Shown: positions 38,692 to 51,639, counted from the first letter of the stretch. The stretch is 64,000 nucleotides of DNA from Thermoflavifilum sp. (GCA_023511875.1 JAIMAQ010000003.1:189936-253935), one strand, 5' to 3'. Program-made: numbers and translations. The notes: a model not told the origin generated them from the sequence alone.

Positions 38692-39843
38692 ATGAACCTT
38701 TCTTCTTCGCAACGCTTTTTGTCGCTCGATGTCTTGCGTGGACTCACGATTTGTTTCATGATCATCGTCAACACGAGTGCTCCAGGTGTGCAGGCTTATC
38801 CCCCTCTGGAACATGCTCATTGGTTTGGCTTCACACCTACCGATTTGGTATTTCCCACATTTATGTTTGTCGTAGGCAATGCCATGAGCTTCTCAATGAA
38901 AAAATATATCCAGCAGGGATCTGCAGCTTTTTGGAAAAAAGTGGTGAAACGCACCATCATCATTTTTCTTCTGGGTTATTTGATGTATTGGTTTCCTTTC
39001 TTCTACTTCACCGATAGTGGGCAATGGGCCTGGAAGCCCTTTAGCCACACGCGCATCATGGGCGTGTTGCAACGCATTGCGCTTGGATATTTCTTTGGTT
39101 CCCTTATCGTATACTACTTATCTCAACGAGCAGCCACGCTGCTTTCTATTGCCATCTTGCTGGGATATTGGGGGTTGCTTTATCTCTTTGGCGATCCTCA
39201 AGCACCGTTGAGCATGACGGGTAATGCAGTACTTAAGCTCGATCGTTGGCTTTTTGGAGATAATCATTTGTACCATGGCGAAGGTATTCCGTTTGACCCA
39301 GAAGGCGTGTTGAGCACTTTGCCCGCTATTGTCAATGTGGTGTGGGGCTATTATGCAGGAAAATTTATCCAAGAAAAAGGAAAAACATACGAAACCATCG
39401 CCAAGCTGATGATGGTAGGAGCTATTTTATGCTTTATCGCGTTGTTTTGGAACCAAAGCTTCCCCATTGCCAAAAAGCTCTGGACTAGCTCTTTCGTACT
39501 CTATACCGTAGGACTCGATTTACTGATCTTAGGCCCATTGATGTATGGATTGGAGTTACGTACCGATCTGGCTCAACGTCCAGTAATGCGTAAGCTTACG
39601 TATTTTTTTGAGGTTTTTGGCCGTAATCCGTTGTTTATTTACCTGGTGTCGGAGTTGTTGATAGAAATTTTGTGGATGATTCCCGTAGGTGAAGACGATC
39701 TACCCCAATGGGTCAGCGACCATATTTTTCAGAAAATAGCCGCTGGAGCCTTCGGAGGGTTGCTTTATTCCTTGACTTATATGGGCATTTGCTGGCTAGT
39801 GGGTTATTTCTTGGATCGGAAAAAGATCTATATCAAAGTATAG
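38692..39843 (+). CDS. membrane acyltransferase of the heparan-alpha-glucosaminide N-acetyltransferase-like (DUF1624/DUF5009) type
   Basis: It has RFLSLDVLRGLTICFMIIVN and about 10 TM helices. Confidence 0.65.
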   Translation: MNLSSSQRFLSLDVLRGLTICFMIIVNTSAPGVQAYPPLEHAHWFGFTPTDLVFPTFMFVVGNAMSFSMKKYIQQGSAAFWKKVVKRTIIIFLLGYLMYWFPFFYFTDSGQWAWKPFSHTRIMGVLQRIALGYFFGSLIVYYLSQRAATLLSIAILLGYWGLLYLFGDPQAPLSMTGNAVLKLDRWLFGDNHLYHGEGIPFDPEGVLSTLPAIVNVVWGYYAGKFIQEKGKTYETIAKLMMVGAILCFIALFWNQSFPIAKKLWTSSFVLYTVGLDLLILGPLMYGLELRTDLAQRPVMRKLTYFFEVFGRNPLFIYLVSELLIEILWMIPVGEDDLPQWVSDHIFQKIAAGAFGGLLYSLTYMGICWLVGYFLDRKKIYIKV

Positions 39844-41122
39844 TATCCTGGCAATGCCTGTGCAAATCTTTTACCGAGCCAAAGCCAATCGCATCTTTCA
39901 TGGGGGGATGTTCGGTGAGCTCCACAGCCTTTAGGAGCTTATCGGGCCCAAAGCGGTCTTTAATGTCATACACTGCGCGCAACAGGTTGCGCTGGCTAAC
40001 CGAATCTTCAAACAAGCTCAAGGGCACCAATTCGGCGGGAATAAAATCGCTTACCGTTACTCCCATGGCGGTGATGGCATCATTGAGCAAGGGATCTGTT
40101 TGATGTTTCTCCATAAACTGTTGCATGCGTTGGCGGATAGCCTGGAGCAATAGGGTGCCCTCTTGAACTGGCCTGGGTAGTCGGATCCGTTGGTGCCACC
40201 GATGCTCATAAGCATAGGTTAGGGTAATTGCTACTTCTCGGCAACACACCTCCTGGCCAACCATGCGCCGCTCGAGTGTCATACAAAGAGCCACCAGCAA
40301 ATCTTCCAGCACACGCAAGCTTTGCCGCTGAGCAGCCGATACTTGCCGCATCGCTTGCATAGTCTTGTAAGGATGATCCATGATGTCTACTTCCGCAAAA
40401 TTGAGCCGATAATGCCAATGCAAACCCACGATGCTTTGGCATACTTGCTTCAAATGCTGGGGAGAAGCATAACGAAGCTCAAGTGGGGTGCGAATGCCAC
40501 CACGTATTAGCCGAGATGCCATCGCCTCGGCAATGCCCGGCAAATCGGTAAGCTGCAAGCTACTTAGCACCTCATCGATATTGTGCGGCGTAATCATGAC
40601 CAGTCCATCGGGTTTTTGGAGTTCAGTACCCAGCTTAGCCAGAAAAGCATTGGGTGCAATTCCAATAGAGCATCGTAACCAATCGCCTACTTCTCGGCGA
40701 ATATCGGCCTTAATCTGCCGTGCTAAAGCCATGGGATCGGGATATACCAATCGATATGCCCGCAGATCAATGACGGCCTCATCGATGCTTTTGGGAATGA
40801 CTTCTTCGGCATAACGGCGCAACACCTGCATGATTTGGATATGAAAAGCCCGATAGCGATCAGGACGAGTTTCCAGCGGCACGAGATCTGGACAGCATCG
40901 CATGGCCTCTGGCAAGCGCATGCCCGTCTTCACCCCACGCTGCTTCGCCTCAATAGATGGTGCAATCACACACCCATTTTTCCCCGTATACACACAAACC
41001 CCTATTGGCCGGCCACGCAAATAGTAATTAACCTGTTGCTCACAGCTGGCAAAAAAACTGTTCATGTCTACAAACATTACATACCCACCATCTGTTTGTG
41101 CATGAAGTGAATTCCGGTTCAT
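39833..41122 (-). CDS. Y-family DNA polymerase (DinB/UmuC-like)
   Basis: VDMNSFFASCEQ (catalytic Asp region) and SIDEAVIDL are Y-family motifs. Confidence 0.8.
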   Translation of the reverse strand: MNRNSLHAQTDGGYVMFVDMNSFFASCEQQVNYYLRGRPIGVCVYTGKNGCVIAPSIEAKQRGVKTGMRLPEAMRCCPDLVPLETRPDRYRAFHIQIMQVLRRYAEEVIPKSIDEAVIDLRAYRLVYPDPMALARQIKADIRREVGDWLRCSIGIAPNAFLAKLGTELQKPDGLVMITPHNIDEVLSSLQLTDLPGIAEAMASRLIRGGIRTPLELRYASPQHLKQVCQSIVGLHWHYRLNFAEVDIMDHPYKTMQAMRQVSAAQRQSLRVLEDLLVALCMTLERRMVGQEVCCREVAITLTYAYEHRWHQRIRLPRPVQEGTLLLQAIRQRMQQFMEKHQTDPLLNDAITAMGVTVSDFIPAELVPLSLFEDSVSQRNLLRAVYDIKDRFGPDKLLKAVELTEHPPMKDAIGFGSVKDLHRHCQDTIL

Positions 41123-41284
41123 CTTACTGTGGTTAATTTAGCAACTAAATTACTAAATATTTTAGCAAAAGTATATGTGGTAAAACCCTCTTGTTAAGAT
41201 TTTCGTATTTTCTTATACATGATTTGTAGAACCTATAAAAAGCTCGTAATTTCAACGTAAGTTCTTTTATTCATCACTTTAAAT

Positions 41285-41671
41285 ATGTTTGCTATGACAA
41301 CGAAGAAACACATGTTAGGCGGATTACTGATCGCTTGCTTTAGCTTTTTGGCTGTTTCTGCTTCCGCCCAGAAAACCGTTACCGTAAAAGGCGAAGTACT
41401 CGACATGAGCTGTTACATGGCTAAAGGTGCTCACGGAGCAGGCCATGCTTCTTGCGCTAAGATGTGCCTCAAGGGTGGCGCCCCAGCCGGTTTGCTCACC
41501 AGCGATGGCAAAGTATACCTGCTGGTAGAAAACCACGATAAGGCTGCTCCTTATGAAGAAGTGCGTAAATACGGGGCCGAACAAGTAGAAGTCACGGGTA
41601 CGGTAGAAAATAGAGGCGGTGTGCAAGCCCTAGTGGTCGATAACGTAAAAGCCTCGGGCGGTAGCATGTAA
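41285..41671 (+). CDS. hypothetical secreted Cys/His-containing small protein
   Basis: It has a signal peptide. The mature part contains SCYMAKGAHGAGHASCAKMC. The family is not recognised. Confidence 0.5.
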   Translation: MFAMTTKKHMLGGLLIACFSFLAVSASAQKTVTVKGEVLDMSCYMAKGAHGAGHASCAKMCLKGGAPAGLLTSDGKVYLLVENHDKAAPYEEVRKYGAEQVEVTGTVENRGGVQALVVDNVKASGGSM

Positions 41672-41698
41672 TTCCTAATGGCTAGAAGACTACTCACT

Positions 41699-41738
41699 AC
41701 ACCTGTTCCTCACCATCTGGCGGAACGGGTGTTTTTTA
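41699..41738 (+). terminator. rho-independent terminator
   Basis: The stem is acacctgttcc / ggaacgggtgt (one G-U pair), followed by tttttt. Confidence 0.7.
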
Positions 41739-42021
41739 TTTATTTCATAAAAGCACATCACTGGTATTTATCAGGAAAAATCGTGGCGGGAGAGAAATAG
41801 CCTAATTTCAGCAGCAACTCACTATCTTATTAGATAGATTTTACGCCCATCTTCAATCAGTTAATTTTTTCCATTCGCCAATCAGGTGCTATACTTTTGA
41901 AATTCCATCCTATCCTATTCTCTTTTCCCCAATTCGTAGACCTTTGCTTGAGTGCTGCCTAAACTTTTCTTTTCTCCCTATGAAAATAGTTTGCTAATCT
42001 TGTATACTCAACACTTTTATC

Positions 42022-42954
42022 ATGTGGATGAAATTTTTCTTGCTCCTTTTGTTCATCATGCCTACTTATCTATTCGCTCAACAAGTGATACCCTTGTATA
42101 CAGGTGCTATTCCCAATGCGCGTACCGAGAACTCGGTACACGAAACTTCTACTACCGATGCCCGAGGTATTGTACGGGTGAGTGGGGTAACCACGCCTAC
42201 GCTTAGGGCTTACTTTCCCGATTCCAACAGGGCTACTGGCACGGCTATTATCGTATGTCCAGGAGGTGGGTATACGATTTTAGCTATCCAACACGAAGGA
42301 TATGATGTAGCCGAAGCGCTCCGCCAATGGGGCATTACGGCCTTTGTGTTAAAATACCGCTTGCCCGACGACCGCATCATGATCGATAAATCTATTGGCC
42401 CTCTACAAGATGCACAACGAGCTATTCAATTGGTGCGCGAAAATGCTGCCAATTGGCATATCAACCCCCACCAAATCGGTATCATGGGTTTTTCTGCGGG
42501 AGGTCATTTGGCGGCCATGGCTGGCACCCGTTTTCAAGAGGCTTTTATCCCGAATCCCCAACGGGTATCGCTCCGACCCGATTTTATGATCTTGTGTTAC
42601 CCCGTCATCAGCATGACCGATAGTCTCACCCACATGGGCTCACGCGAGCACTTGCTGGGCGCACATCCTACCGCGCAACAAATCAAAGATTTTTCAGCAG
42701 AAATGCAAGTGAGCTCTCAAACCCCACCTACCTTTATCATGCAATCTACTGCCGATCCAGGAGTAAAAGTGGGCAACAGCGTGGCCATGTACCTGTCCCT
42801 ACATGCCCACAACGTGCCAGTAGAAATGCATCTCTATGAAAAAGGGCCTCATGGCTTTGGTATGCATAATCCAGATACTCCCGATCAATGGATGGATCGC
42901 CTGCACAACTGGCTCATCAGCAATGGTTGGCTTCCCAAGCAACCAGCCAAATAA
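42022..42954 (+). CDS. secreted alpha/beta hydrolase (esterase/lipase, Aes-like)
   Basis: It has a signal peptide, an oxyanion HGGG-like PGGGY and the nucleophile elbow GFSAGGH. Confidence 0.75.
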   Translation: MWMKFFLLLLFIMPTYLFAQQVIPLYTGAIPNARTENSVHETSTTDARGIVRVSGVTTPTLRAYFPDSNRATGTAIIVCPGGGYTILAIQHEGYDVAEALRQWGITAFVLKYRLPDDRIMIDKSIGPLQDAQRAIQLVRENAANWHINPHQIGIMGFSAGGHLAAMAGTRFQEAFIPNPQRVSLRPDFMILCYPVISMTDSLTHMGSREHLLGAHPTAQQIKDFSAEMQVSSQTPPTFIMQSTADPGVKVGNSVAMYLSLHAHNVPVEMHLYEKGPHGFGMHNPDTPDQWMDRLHNWLISNGWLPKQPAK

Positions 42955-42962
42955 ATGGCTGC

Positions 42963-43649
42963 TCATCCGCGATGTTTTGGGGAAAAGCTTCTCTGTAAAC
43001 GAGCGTAATACCGACAGATCTCCTTCAAGCCGCATATGTCGCATTTGGGCTTTCTAGCCAAACACACATATCGACCATGTAAAATCAACCAGTGATGAGC
43101 TTTATGGACTTTCTCAGGAGGAAATAATTTCACCAATTTTTGCTCAACTTTTAATGGGGTGTTGGCAGAAGCTGGCACCAAGCCAAGTCGATGAGATACC
43201 CGAAATACATGCGTGTCTACAGGCATATTGGGTTGGTTATACAGCACGGCCGTGAGCACATTGGCTGTTTTTCGGCCCACGCCAGGTAATTGCATCAAGG
43301 AGACGACATCGGTAGGAATTTCACCATGATGTTGCGCTACAATCTGCTGGGCGGCTGCAATTAGGTGCTTGGCTTTACTGTTGGGGTAGCTAATACTCTT
43401 GATATAGGGAAAAACTTCATCAAAGCTGGCTCTTGCCAGGGCATGCACATCGGGGAAAGCGCGAAAAAAGGCCGGTGTAACTTGGTTCACTCGTTTGTCG
43501 GTGCATTGTGCGGAAAGCATCACGGCTACCAGCAACTCATATGGATTGCTATAGTGTAGCTCCGTTTGGGCATTGGGCATATGTTGTTCAAAATATTGAA
43601 CGAGAAAAGCGGCCTTTTCTTTAGGGCTCATGCGGCAAGTTTGGCTCAC
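42963..43649 (-). CDS. nth: endonuclease III
   Basis: The HhH-GPD motif is LPGVGRKTANVL, and the 4Fe-4S cluster motif is CLARKPKCDICGLKEIC. Confidence 0.9.
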   Translation of the reverse strand: MSQTCRMSPKEKAAFLVQYFEQHMPNAQTELHYSNPYELLVAVMLSAQCTDKRVNQVTPAFFRAFPDVHALARASFDEVFPYIKSISYPNSKAKHLIAAAQQIVAQHHGEIPTDVVSLMQLPGVGRKTANVLTAVLYNQPNMPVDTHVFRVSHRLGLVPASANTPLKVEQKLVKLFPPEKVHKAHHWLILHGRYVCLARKPKCDICGLKEICRYYARLQRSFSPKHRG

Positions 43650-43721
43650 AAAAATAGGTTGCGGGCTTGATGAACACGCAAAGAAATCGGGAAAACCAAA
43701 AGAAAGGATGCAAAAACGACG

Positions 43722-43964
43722 CTATTTATTACCTGGAAAGCGTTCGCTGATCTTGCCATTATTCTTCAGCGAGGCATGTAGAAGGATGGCTCTGATAGTG
43801 GCCGGATCGGGAGGCAGGTGGAAATAATCTAATTGCTCCAAGACCTGCCGAGCCGCTTCGGCATCTTCGCCAGTGAGGCCCAACATGCGAATGGTTTCTT
43901 CAATAAAAGCTTGGCGGTCTTCTCTATTGGGAGAAAGCTTTTCTTCAGGAGTAAAATTGGCCAT
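43722..43964 (-). CDS. hypothetical small protein (80 aa)
   Basis: A clean ORF in its own slot. No motif recognised. Confidence 0.4.
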   Translation of the reverse strand: MANFTPEEKLSPNREDRQAFIEETIRMLGLTGEDAEAARQVLEQLDYFHLPPDPATIRAILLHASLKNNGKISERFPGNK

Positions 43965-44046
43965 GAACTGGAGATTTGAGGTGACACCATCTTTCTCATG
44001 TTAATCGAATATTAAAACGATGTTCACCCCAAATTATTGTTGCCAA

Positions 44047-44343
44047 TCAACGTGTTTTTTGAAACTCTACCTGATAGAGATCGGCTTGTGGGGGTTTGAA
44101 AAAATAATGGGTCCGTGCAAATTGAAGCAGATGGGTAGGATTTTGCTGGAGGGCAGCCCGTTGTTGTTCGGCCTGCTCAATTTGCTGTTCATAAAATGCT
44201 TTTTCTCTTTGCAGGTCGCGTATTTGACCGCTGAGATGCCATTGAGAAATCAAGTCATCATGGTCGAAAAACAACATCCACAGCACGAAAGCTATGGTAA
44301 TGACTACATACTTATTGCGTAACCACTTGGGTATCCGTTTCAT
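44047..44343 (-). CDS. septum formation initiator (FtsB/DivIC-like) protein
   Basis: A single TM helix plus a coiled coil. It lies immediately downstream of eno, the classic eno-ftsB arrangement. Confidence 0.7.
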   Translation of the reverse strand: MKRIPKWLRNKYVVITIAFVLWMLFFDHDDLISQWHLSGQIRDLQREKAFYEQQIEQAEQQRAALQQNPTHLLQFARTHYFFKPPQADLYQVEFQKTR

Positions 44344-44379
44344 GTAAAGTGGCTTTGGGCAAACACTATTGCTCCAAAT

Positions 44380-46612
<2,233 letters not shown>

Positions 46613-46733
46613 AAAACTTACACAACGAAAATACGGGTATTCGAGAGCTATTCCGCTAAAATCCTGTTAAATCCATTTCTTGCTTGACTAGAATTATTTA
46701 GGCAACTGATTTTCCTCATGTATTTTTACACTT

Positions 46734-48461
46734 ATGCAAATGTGGAAACATGCTTCTTTAAGCTGCTGTCTGTGGATTTCTTCGGTTTTGATTGGCTTTT
46801 CTCAGGTCCAGTCTTCTTACCCCCAACATTTATTTGCCAGTCCTCTCCATATTCCCCTGCTACTTGCTGGTAATTATGGTGAGCTGCGCCCCGATCATTT
46901 TCATGCGGGGCTCGACATCAAGACGCAAGGGCGTATAGGGCTGCCCGTATATGCCTCTGCCGATGGATATATCAGTCGGGTCACTATTTCCAACTCTGGA
47001 TATGGACACGCCATTTACATCCAACATCCAGAAGGCTATACTACAGTATACGGGCATTTAGAACGCTTTATGCCGGCTCTCGCTGCTTATGTAAAAGAGC
47101 AACAATATCTGCAACAAAGCTGGGCAATAGATCTCAAACTACGGCCCAATCAGTTTCCTGTGAAGCAAGGACAACTCATTGCCTGGAGCGGAAATACGGG
47201 ATCAGTAGCGGGTCCACACCTGCATTTTGAAATTCGCAATACGTCCACACAAACCCCATTGAATACGCTATTGTTTGGATTCCCTGTGAAAGATCATATT
47301 CCCCCCACGATCTACAGAATTGCCATTTATGACCGTGATCAAAGCATTTATCTGCAACGCCCCCTTGAAGTGCCAGTACATTTGATCAACGGGCACTGGA
47401 CCACTCAACCCAGCGAACTACTGGTCAATTCTCGACATATTGGACTCGGCATAGAAGTACTCGACCATGAAGATCATACCTCCAATGTATTTGGCATCTA
47501 CGAAGCCCGGCTATACGATGATGGGTACCAGGTGGCCAGTTTCAAGCTCGATAGTATTTCTTTTTCCGACATGCTTTATGTGAATGCCCACATGGATTAT
47601 GCTACCTGGCGGCGTGAAGGTCGTCAATATCAACTGTTTTTCCCGCTTTCTGGCAATCACTTGCCTATTTATTCACTATCTACCTCCCGTGGAATGATTG
47701 ATCTGAGCGATGGCCGCCCCCACCATCTGAGTATCGAAGTAAAAGATGCTTATGGAAACACGCGTGTAGTGAGGTTTTTGGTTAAACTAGCTCCTGGAAT
47801 CAAAGCAATTCGCGAAGCGCCCGACAGCTGTGTACTTCCCATGATACCCGGTGTTCGTAACATCGTAGACGAACCTAATCTTTCCTTTTACCTTGACCCC
47901 GACGCGCTGTACGACCGAATTTGTTTTCACATGGAAGTGGAAAATTCACCCGACCCTCAATTGCTTTCGCCCATATATCGTTTAGAACCCGCTGATATTC
48001 CGCTTCAAACACCTTTTACCCTCTACCTGAAGCCCCATCCAGATATCCCCCAACCCTTGCACCAGAAGCTGGTGATCATTCAACACAATGCAAGGCAAGA
48101 AACCGTGGCCCCCGCTATTTGGGCATCTGGAGGATGGCTTAAGGCTGATTTTAGAAGTTTCGGTAGCTTTTTTGTTGAAGCCGATACCGTAGCCCCACGC
48201 ATTGAGCCATTAACACGATTGTACCCAGGCATTCGCCTTACACAAGCTCGAGAAATTAGGTTCCGTATAACCGACAACCTGAGCGGAATTGCCGACTATC
48301 GGGCCGAATTGGATGGCAAATGGTTGCTCATGGGGCAATTCAAAAACACGATTTATTATATTTTTGATGAGCATTGTGGGCCAGGCAAGCATACGTTGAC
48401 CCTGACGGTACGCGATCGAGTGAACAATATCAGCACTTATACGTTAAACTTTATTCGTTAA
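46734..48461 (+). CDS. M23-family metallopeptidase with long C-terminal extension
   Basis: The HxxxD motif is HFHAGLDI and the HxH motif is GPHLHFEI. It has a signal peptide. Confidence 0.8.
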   Translation: MQMWKHASLSCCLWISSVLIGFSQVQSSYPQHLFASPLHIPLLLAGNYGELRPDHFHAGLDIKTQGRIGLPVYASADGYISRVTISNSGYGHAIYIQHPEGYTTVYGHLERFMPALAAYVKEQQYLQQSWAIDLKLRPNQFPVKQGQLIAWSGNTGSVAGPHLHFEIRNTSTQTPLNTLLFGFPVKDHIPPTIYRIAIYDRDQSIYLQRPLEVPVHLINGHWTTQPSELLVNSRHIGLGIEVLDHEDHTSNVFGIYEARLYDDGYQVASFKLDSISFSDMLYVNAHMDYATWRREGRQYQLFFPLSGNHLPIYSLSTSRGMIDLSDGRPHHLSIEVKDAYGNTRVVRFLVKLAPGIKAIREAPDSCVLPMIPGVRNIVDEPNLSFYLDPDALYDRICFHMEVENSPDPQLLSPIYRLEPADIPLQTPFTLYLKPHPDIPQPLHQKLVIIQHNARQETVAPAIWASGGWLKADFRSFGSFFVEADTVAPRIEPLTRLYPGIRLTQAREIRFRITDNLSGIADYRAELDGKWLLMGQFKNTIYYIFDEHCGPGKHTLTLTVRDRVNNISTYTLNFIR

Positions 48462-48482
48462 TGCCTTAAACCTCATTCTACT

Positions 48483-48956
48483 ATGGCTACTTTACAAGAA
48501 GGGGATCTGGCCCCCGATTTTACCGGCATCGATCAACACGGCCAAACCGTGAGGCTTTCTCAATTCCGAGGGAAAAAAGTAGTGCTGTATTTTTATCCCA
48601 AAGACAACACTCCTGGTTGTACCGCCCAAGCCTGCAGCCTGCGTGATCATTATGCCCAACTCCAGCAAATGGGGTTGGAAGTGATTGGAGTAAGCACCGA
48701 CTCGGTGAAAAGCCACCAGAAGTTTGAGCAAAAATACCAATTGCCCTTTACCCTGATTGCCGACACTGATAAGCAAATTGTACAAGCCTATGGCGTATAT
48801 GGGCAAAAAAAATTCATGGGAAAATCATTTCTAGGCACCACCCGAACCACATTTATCATCAACGAAAATGGCATCATTGAAAAAATTATTCGCAAACCCA
48901 ATACTGCTCGCCATGCCCAGGAGGTAATGGAGGCAGTTGGCCATTCTACGAAATAA
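48483..48956 (+). CDS. bcp: thioredoxin-dependent thiol peroxidase (Bcp-type peroxiredoxin)
   Basis: YFYPKDNTPGCTAQAC contains the peroxidatic and resolving Cys in Bcp spacing. Confidence 0.9.
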   Translation: MATLQEGDLAPDFTGIDQHGQTVRLSQFRGKKVVLYFYPKDNTPGCTAQACSLRDHYAQLQQMGLEVIGVSTDSVKSHQKFEQKYQLPFTLIADTDKQIVQAYGVYGQKKFMGKSFLGTTRTTFIINENGIIEKIIRKPNTARHAQEVMEAVGHSTK

Positions 48957-49038
48957 CTTCGATGGATGTTGCTGTTTCGTTGCTTTCCCCTTTGTAACTT
49001 TAAGGGTAAAGCAACCTTTTCTCACTTTACACCGATCC

Positions 49039-49650
49039 ATGGAGGAACAAAGCAACAACCTGGTGCCCATCACGGAAGAACAGCTTGCTTTCCTTCTGGA
49101 AGGATGCCGCAATGGTATGTCGACCAGCCAACAACAGCTGTATGAGCATTTTTGCCGGTATGCTATGGCTATATGCCTGCGCTACGCTCATCAGGAAGAT
49201 GAAGCTAGGCAAGTGATGAACGATGGATTTGTGAAAATCTTTACCCATATCCATCAGTTCAAACCCGATGAACAACAGAACTTGCTGATTGGTTTCAAGA
49301 GTTGGCTAAAAAAAATCATGGTTTTTACGGCTATCGATTATTATCGGGCCAATCGAAAACATCAACACCAAGAAATCGATTATACGGTCATGCATACAGC
49401 CAGCTCACAGCCTAGTGCAGTAGACAAGCTCAGCCATGCTGAGCTGATACAAATGGTGCAAAGCTTATCGCCAGCCTACAGAATCGTGTTCAACATGTTT
49501 GTCATTGATGGCTACTCGCATGAAGAAATAGCTCGTAGGCTAGGTATTTCTGTGGGTACTTCCAAGTCAAATCTTTCTAAGGCCCGTGAAAAATTGCGAA
49601 AAATGTTACTCTCCAAATATGCAGAAATTTACTCCCGATATGAGCGATGA
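49039..49650 (+). CDS. ECF-type RNA polymerase sigma-70 factor
   Basis: Region 2 reads EDEARQVMNDGFVKIF...DYYR, and the region 4 HTH reads DGYSHEEIARRLGISVGTSKSNLSKAREKLRKML. The start is set at ATG 49039. Confidence 0.85.
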   Translation: MEEQSNNLVPITEEQLAFLLEGCRNGMSTSQQQLYEHFCRYAMAICLRYAHQEDEARQVMNDGFVKIFTHIHQFKPDEQQNLLIGFKSWLKKIMVFTAIDYYRANRKHQHQEIDYTVMHTASSQPSAVDKLSHAELIQMVQSLSPAYRIVFNMFVIDGYSHEEIARRLGISVGTSKSNLSKAREKLRKMLLSKYAEIYSRYER

Positions 49651-50818
49651 AGAGCTGGATAAGCTCTTCCAACAAGCTGCCGACGCCCAGCAACCAGAGG
49701 TGCCGCCCAGCAACTGGCAAGAGATTGCCCATCGGCTGCACCATTCTCGTTGGCAGGTACTGCCTCGAGGCTGGTTCTGGATAGGCATGGGCGCTGCGGC
49801 TGCAACTATAGGCTGGCTTTCCTGGAAGCTCTGGTTACAACCAGCGTCTACAGTAGTTACCCCCCCACAACCCAATCATGTGGTAGTACAACAACCTGCA
49901 TATCCCCCCAGAAATACCCCACAATCGACTCCATTGCCCAACAAATCGATAACACCTCATTCAGCAACAGCCTTTCCCTCATCTAGCCTGCACACCTCCT
50001 CAAAAAACCAAAGTCGAGCTACACACATACCGGCCCTTCCACCGGTAAACCCAACAAATCTTGAAAGCTCTACGCAAGAACCTGCTCCTGTACCCGATTC
50101 ATTGAGCTTAGCTGTAGCAGTAGCTAACACGGAATTGCCATTCATTCGGCCAACCACTACTCCCACTATCCAGACCCCTGTAGACGAGCAAGTACGCTTG
50201 CATCGGGCCGATTTTCAGCGATTGCATCCTTATAAATGGAGTGTTCGTTTCCTGACGGGCCCCAGTTGGGCTAAACTTCCCCATAGTGCAGCCAATTATT
50301 CTACCTTTAGTTCGGGTTTGATGCTTCAAGTAGAGTTGCTTCCTCGGTTGCATGTAGAAGCTGGCATGCTGTGGAGTCGCGCCTATTACGAAGGCACTCC
50401 GCATGATTACCATATTCCCATTTCTCCCAGCATGCGCGAAAACATCAAAGACATCGATGCCTCTTGTAAAATCACGGATATCCCTATCAACATCGAGTGG
50501 GATGCTTGGAAACTTCGTAATGGTCGACTATTCATGGGTACAGGACTCTCTTCCTACCTCATGCGCAGAGAAAATTATGTATATTCCTACAAACGATATA
50601 TTCCAGGCTATCCCTGGCAGGTGAGCCTAAAAAACGAAAACCAGCACCTGTTTGCTGTTTGGAATATTTCTGCAGGCATCGAAACCTATATCAATCCCCA
50701 TTTCTCCATTCAGCTCCAGCCCTACTTCAAGTTGCCTTTATCGAATATTGGATACGGGCAGGCTCGACTGCAGAGTTTTGGAACCTGGTTTTCCCTGAAT
50801 TATCATTTTCAACCTTAA
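49640..50818 (+). CDS. membrane protein with Pro-rich linker and C-terminal beta-barrel-like domain; possible ECF sigma partner
   Basis: The start overlaps the sigma gene stop by 11 nt. It has an N-terminal cytoplasmic segment, one TM helix (FWIGMGAAAATIGWLSW), a P/T/S-rich linker, and a C-terminal alternating aromatic pattern ending in NYHFQP. Confidence 0.55.
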   Translation: MSDEELDKLFQQAADAQQPEVPPSNWQEIAHRLHHSRWQVLPRGWFWIGMGAAAATIGWLSWKLWLQPASTVVTPPQPNHVVVQQPAYPPRNTPQSTPLPNKSITPHSATAFPSSSLHTSSKNQSRATHIPALPPVNPTNLESSTQEPAPVPDSLSLAVAVANTELPFIRPTTTPTIQTPVDEQVRLHRADFQRLHPYKWSVRFLTGPSWAKLPHSAANYSTFSSGLMLQVELLPRLHVEAGMLWSRAYYEGTPHDYHIPISPSMRENIKDIDASCKITDIPINIEWDAWKLRNGRLFMGTGLSSYLMRRENYVYSYKRYIPGYPWQVSLKNENQHLFAVWNISAGIETYINPHFSIQLQPYFKLPLSNIGYGQARLQSFGTWFSLNYHFQP

Positions 50819-50891
50819 CGAAAATTTAGATTAACCAACCAACTCGTTTGTGATCTAACTCGTTTATTTTGACAAAAACAATTTCTTGATC

Positions 50892-51503
50892 ATGTTTGCC
50901 AAATGGTTTTTGCTCACTTTAATGGGTGCCTTAATGTTCCCAACTATAGATACGCCCACATCTACCCAAACGCCCGGAAATTCTTCTTCTCCCATTGCAG
51001 ACGTATTGATATGCCGCAATGCCCATATTTCTTTTTATTCTCCAGCCCCCATCGAAGATATCAAAGCAGAAAGCGATCAAGCCGTATCTGCTCTAAACAC
51101 GGCTAATGGCAATATTTATTTCAAAGTGTTGATCAGGAGTTTTACTTTCCGACGCAGTCTGATGCAGGAACATTTCAACGAAGATTTTATGGAAAGCGAT
51201 CAATATCCCTTTGCTGAATTCAAAGGCAATATTGTGCAAGTGCCCGACCTGAGCAAAGATGGCAGCTATCCCGTGCAGGTACAGGGCAATTTAACCATAC
51301 ATGGGGTGACTAAAGCTTATACAGTTCCAGCCACATTAACAGTAAAAAATCAACAAGTAAGCGGGCATGCGGTATTTAATGTAAAACTTGCCGACCACCA
51401 TATTCAAATTCCTCGCTTGCTCATGAAAGATATAGCCGAACAAGTGCAGGTTACGGTAGATGCTACTTATACTCCCGACCCAGCTCAGCAAACGCATCAT
51501 TAA
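50892..51503 (+). CDS. YceI-family periplasmic protein
   Basis: FKGNIVQVPDLSKDGSYPVQVQGNLTIHGVTK is a typical YceI-like pattern. It has a signal peptide. Confidence 0.7.
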   Translation: MFAKWFLLTLMGALMFPTIDTPTSTQTPGNSSSPIADVLICRNAHISFYSPAPIEDIKAESDQAVSALNTANGNIYFKVLIRSFTFRRSLMQEHFNEDFMESDQYPFAEFKGNIVQVPDLSKDGSYPVQVQGNLTIHGVTKAYTVPATLTVKNQQVSGHAVFNVKLADHHIQIPRLLMKDIAEQVQVTVDATYTPDPAQQTHH

Positions 51504-51639
51504 CCAAATTCTGTTCATTCGTTTCCTTCCCTTAAACGTTCACATCCAGTAACTAGATATACAGCTCATGCAGAAAACCAGGAGGAGCTTAGGCAACTTC
51601 CCGGTCAATAAAGTCGATTAATAGAGAAAGCTTTTGGGG

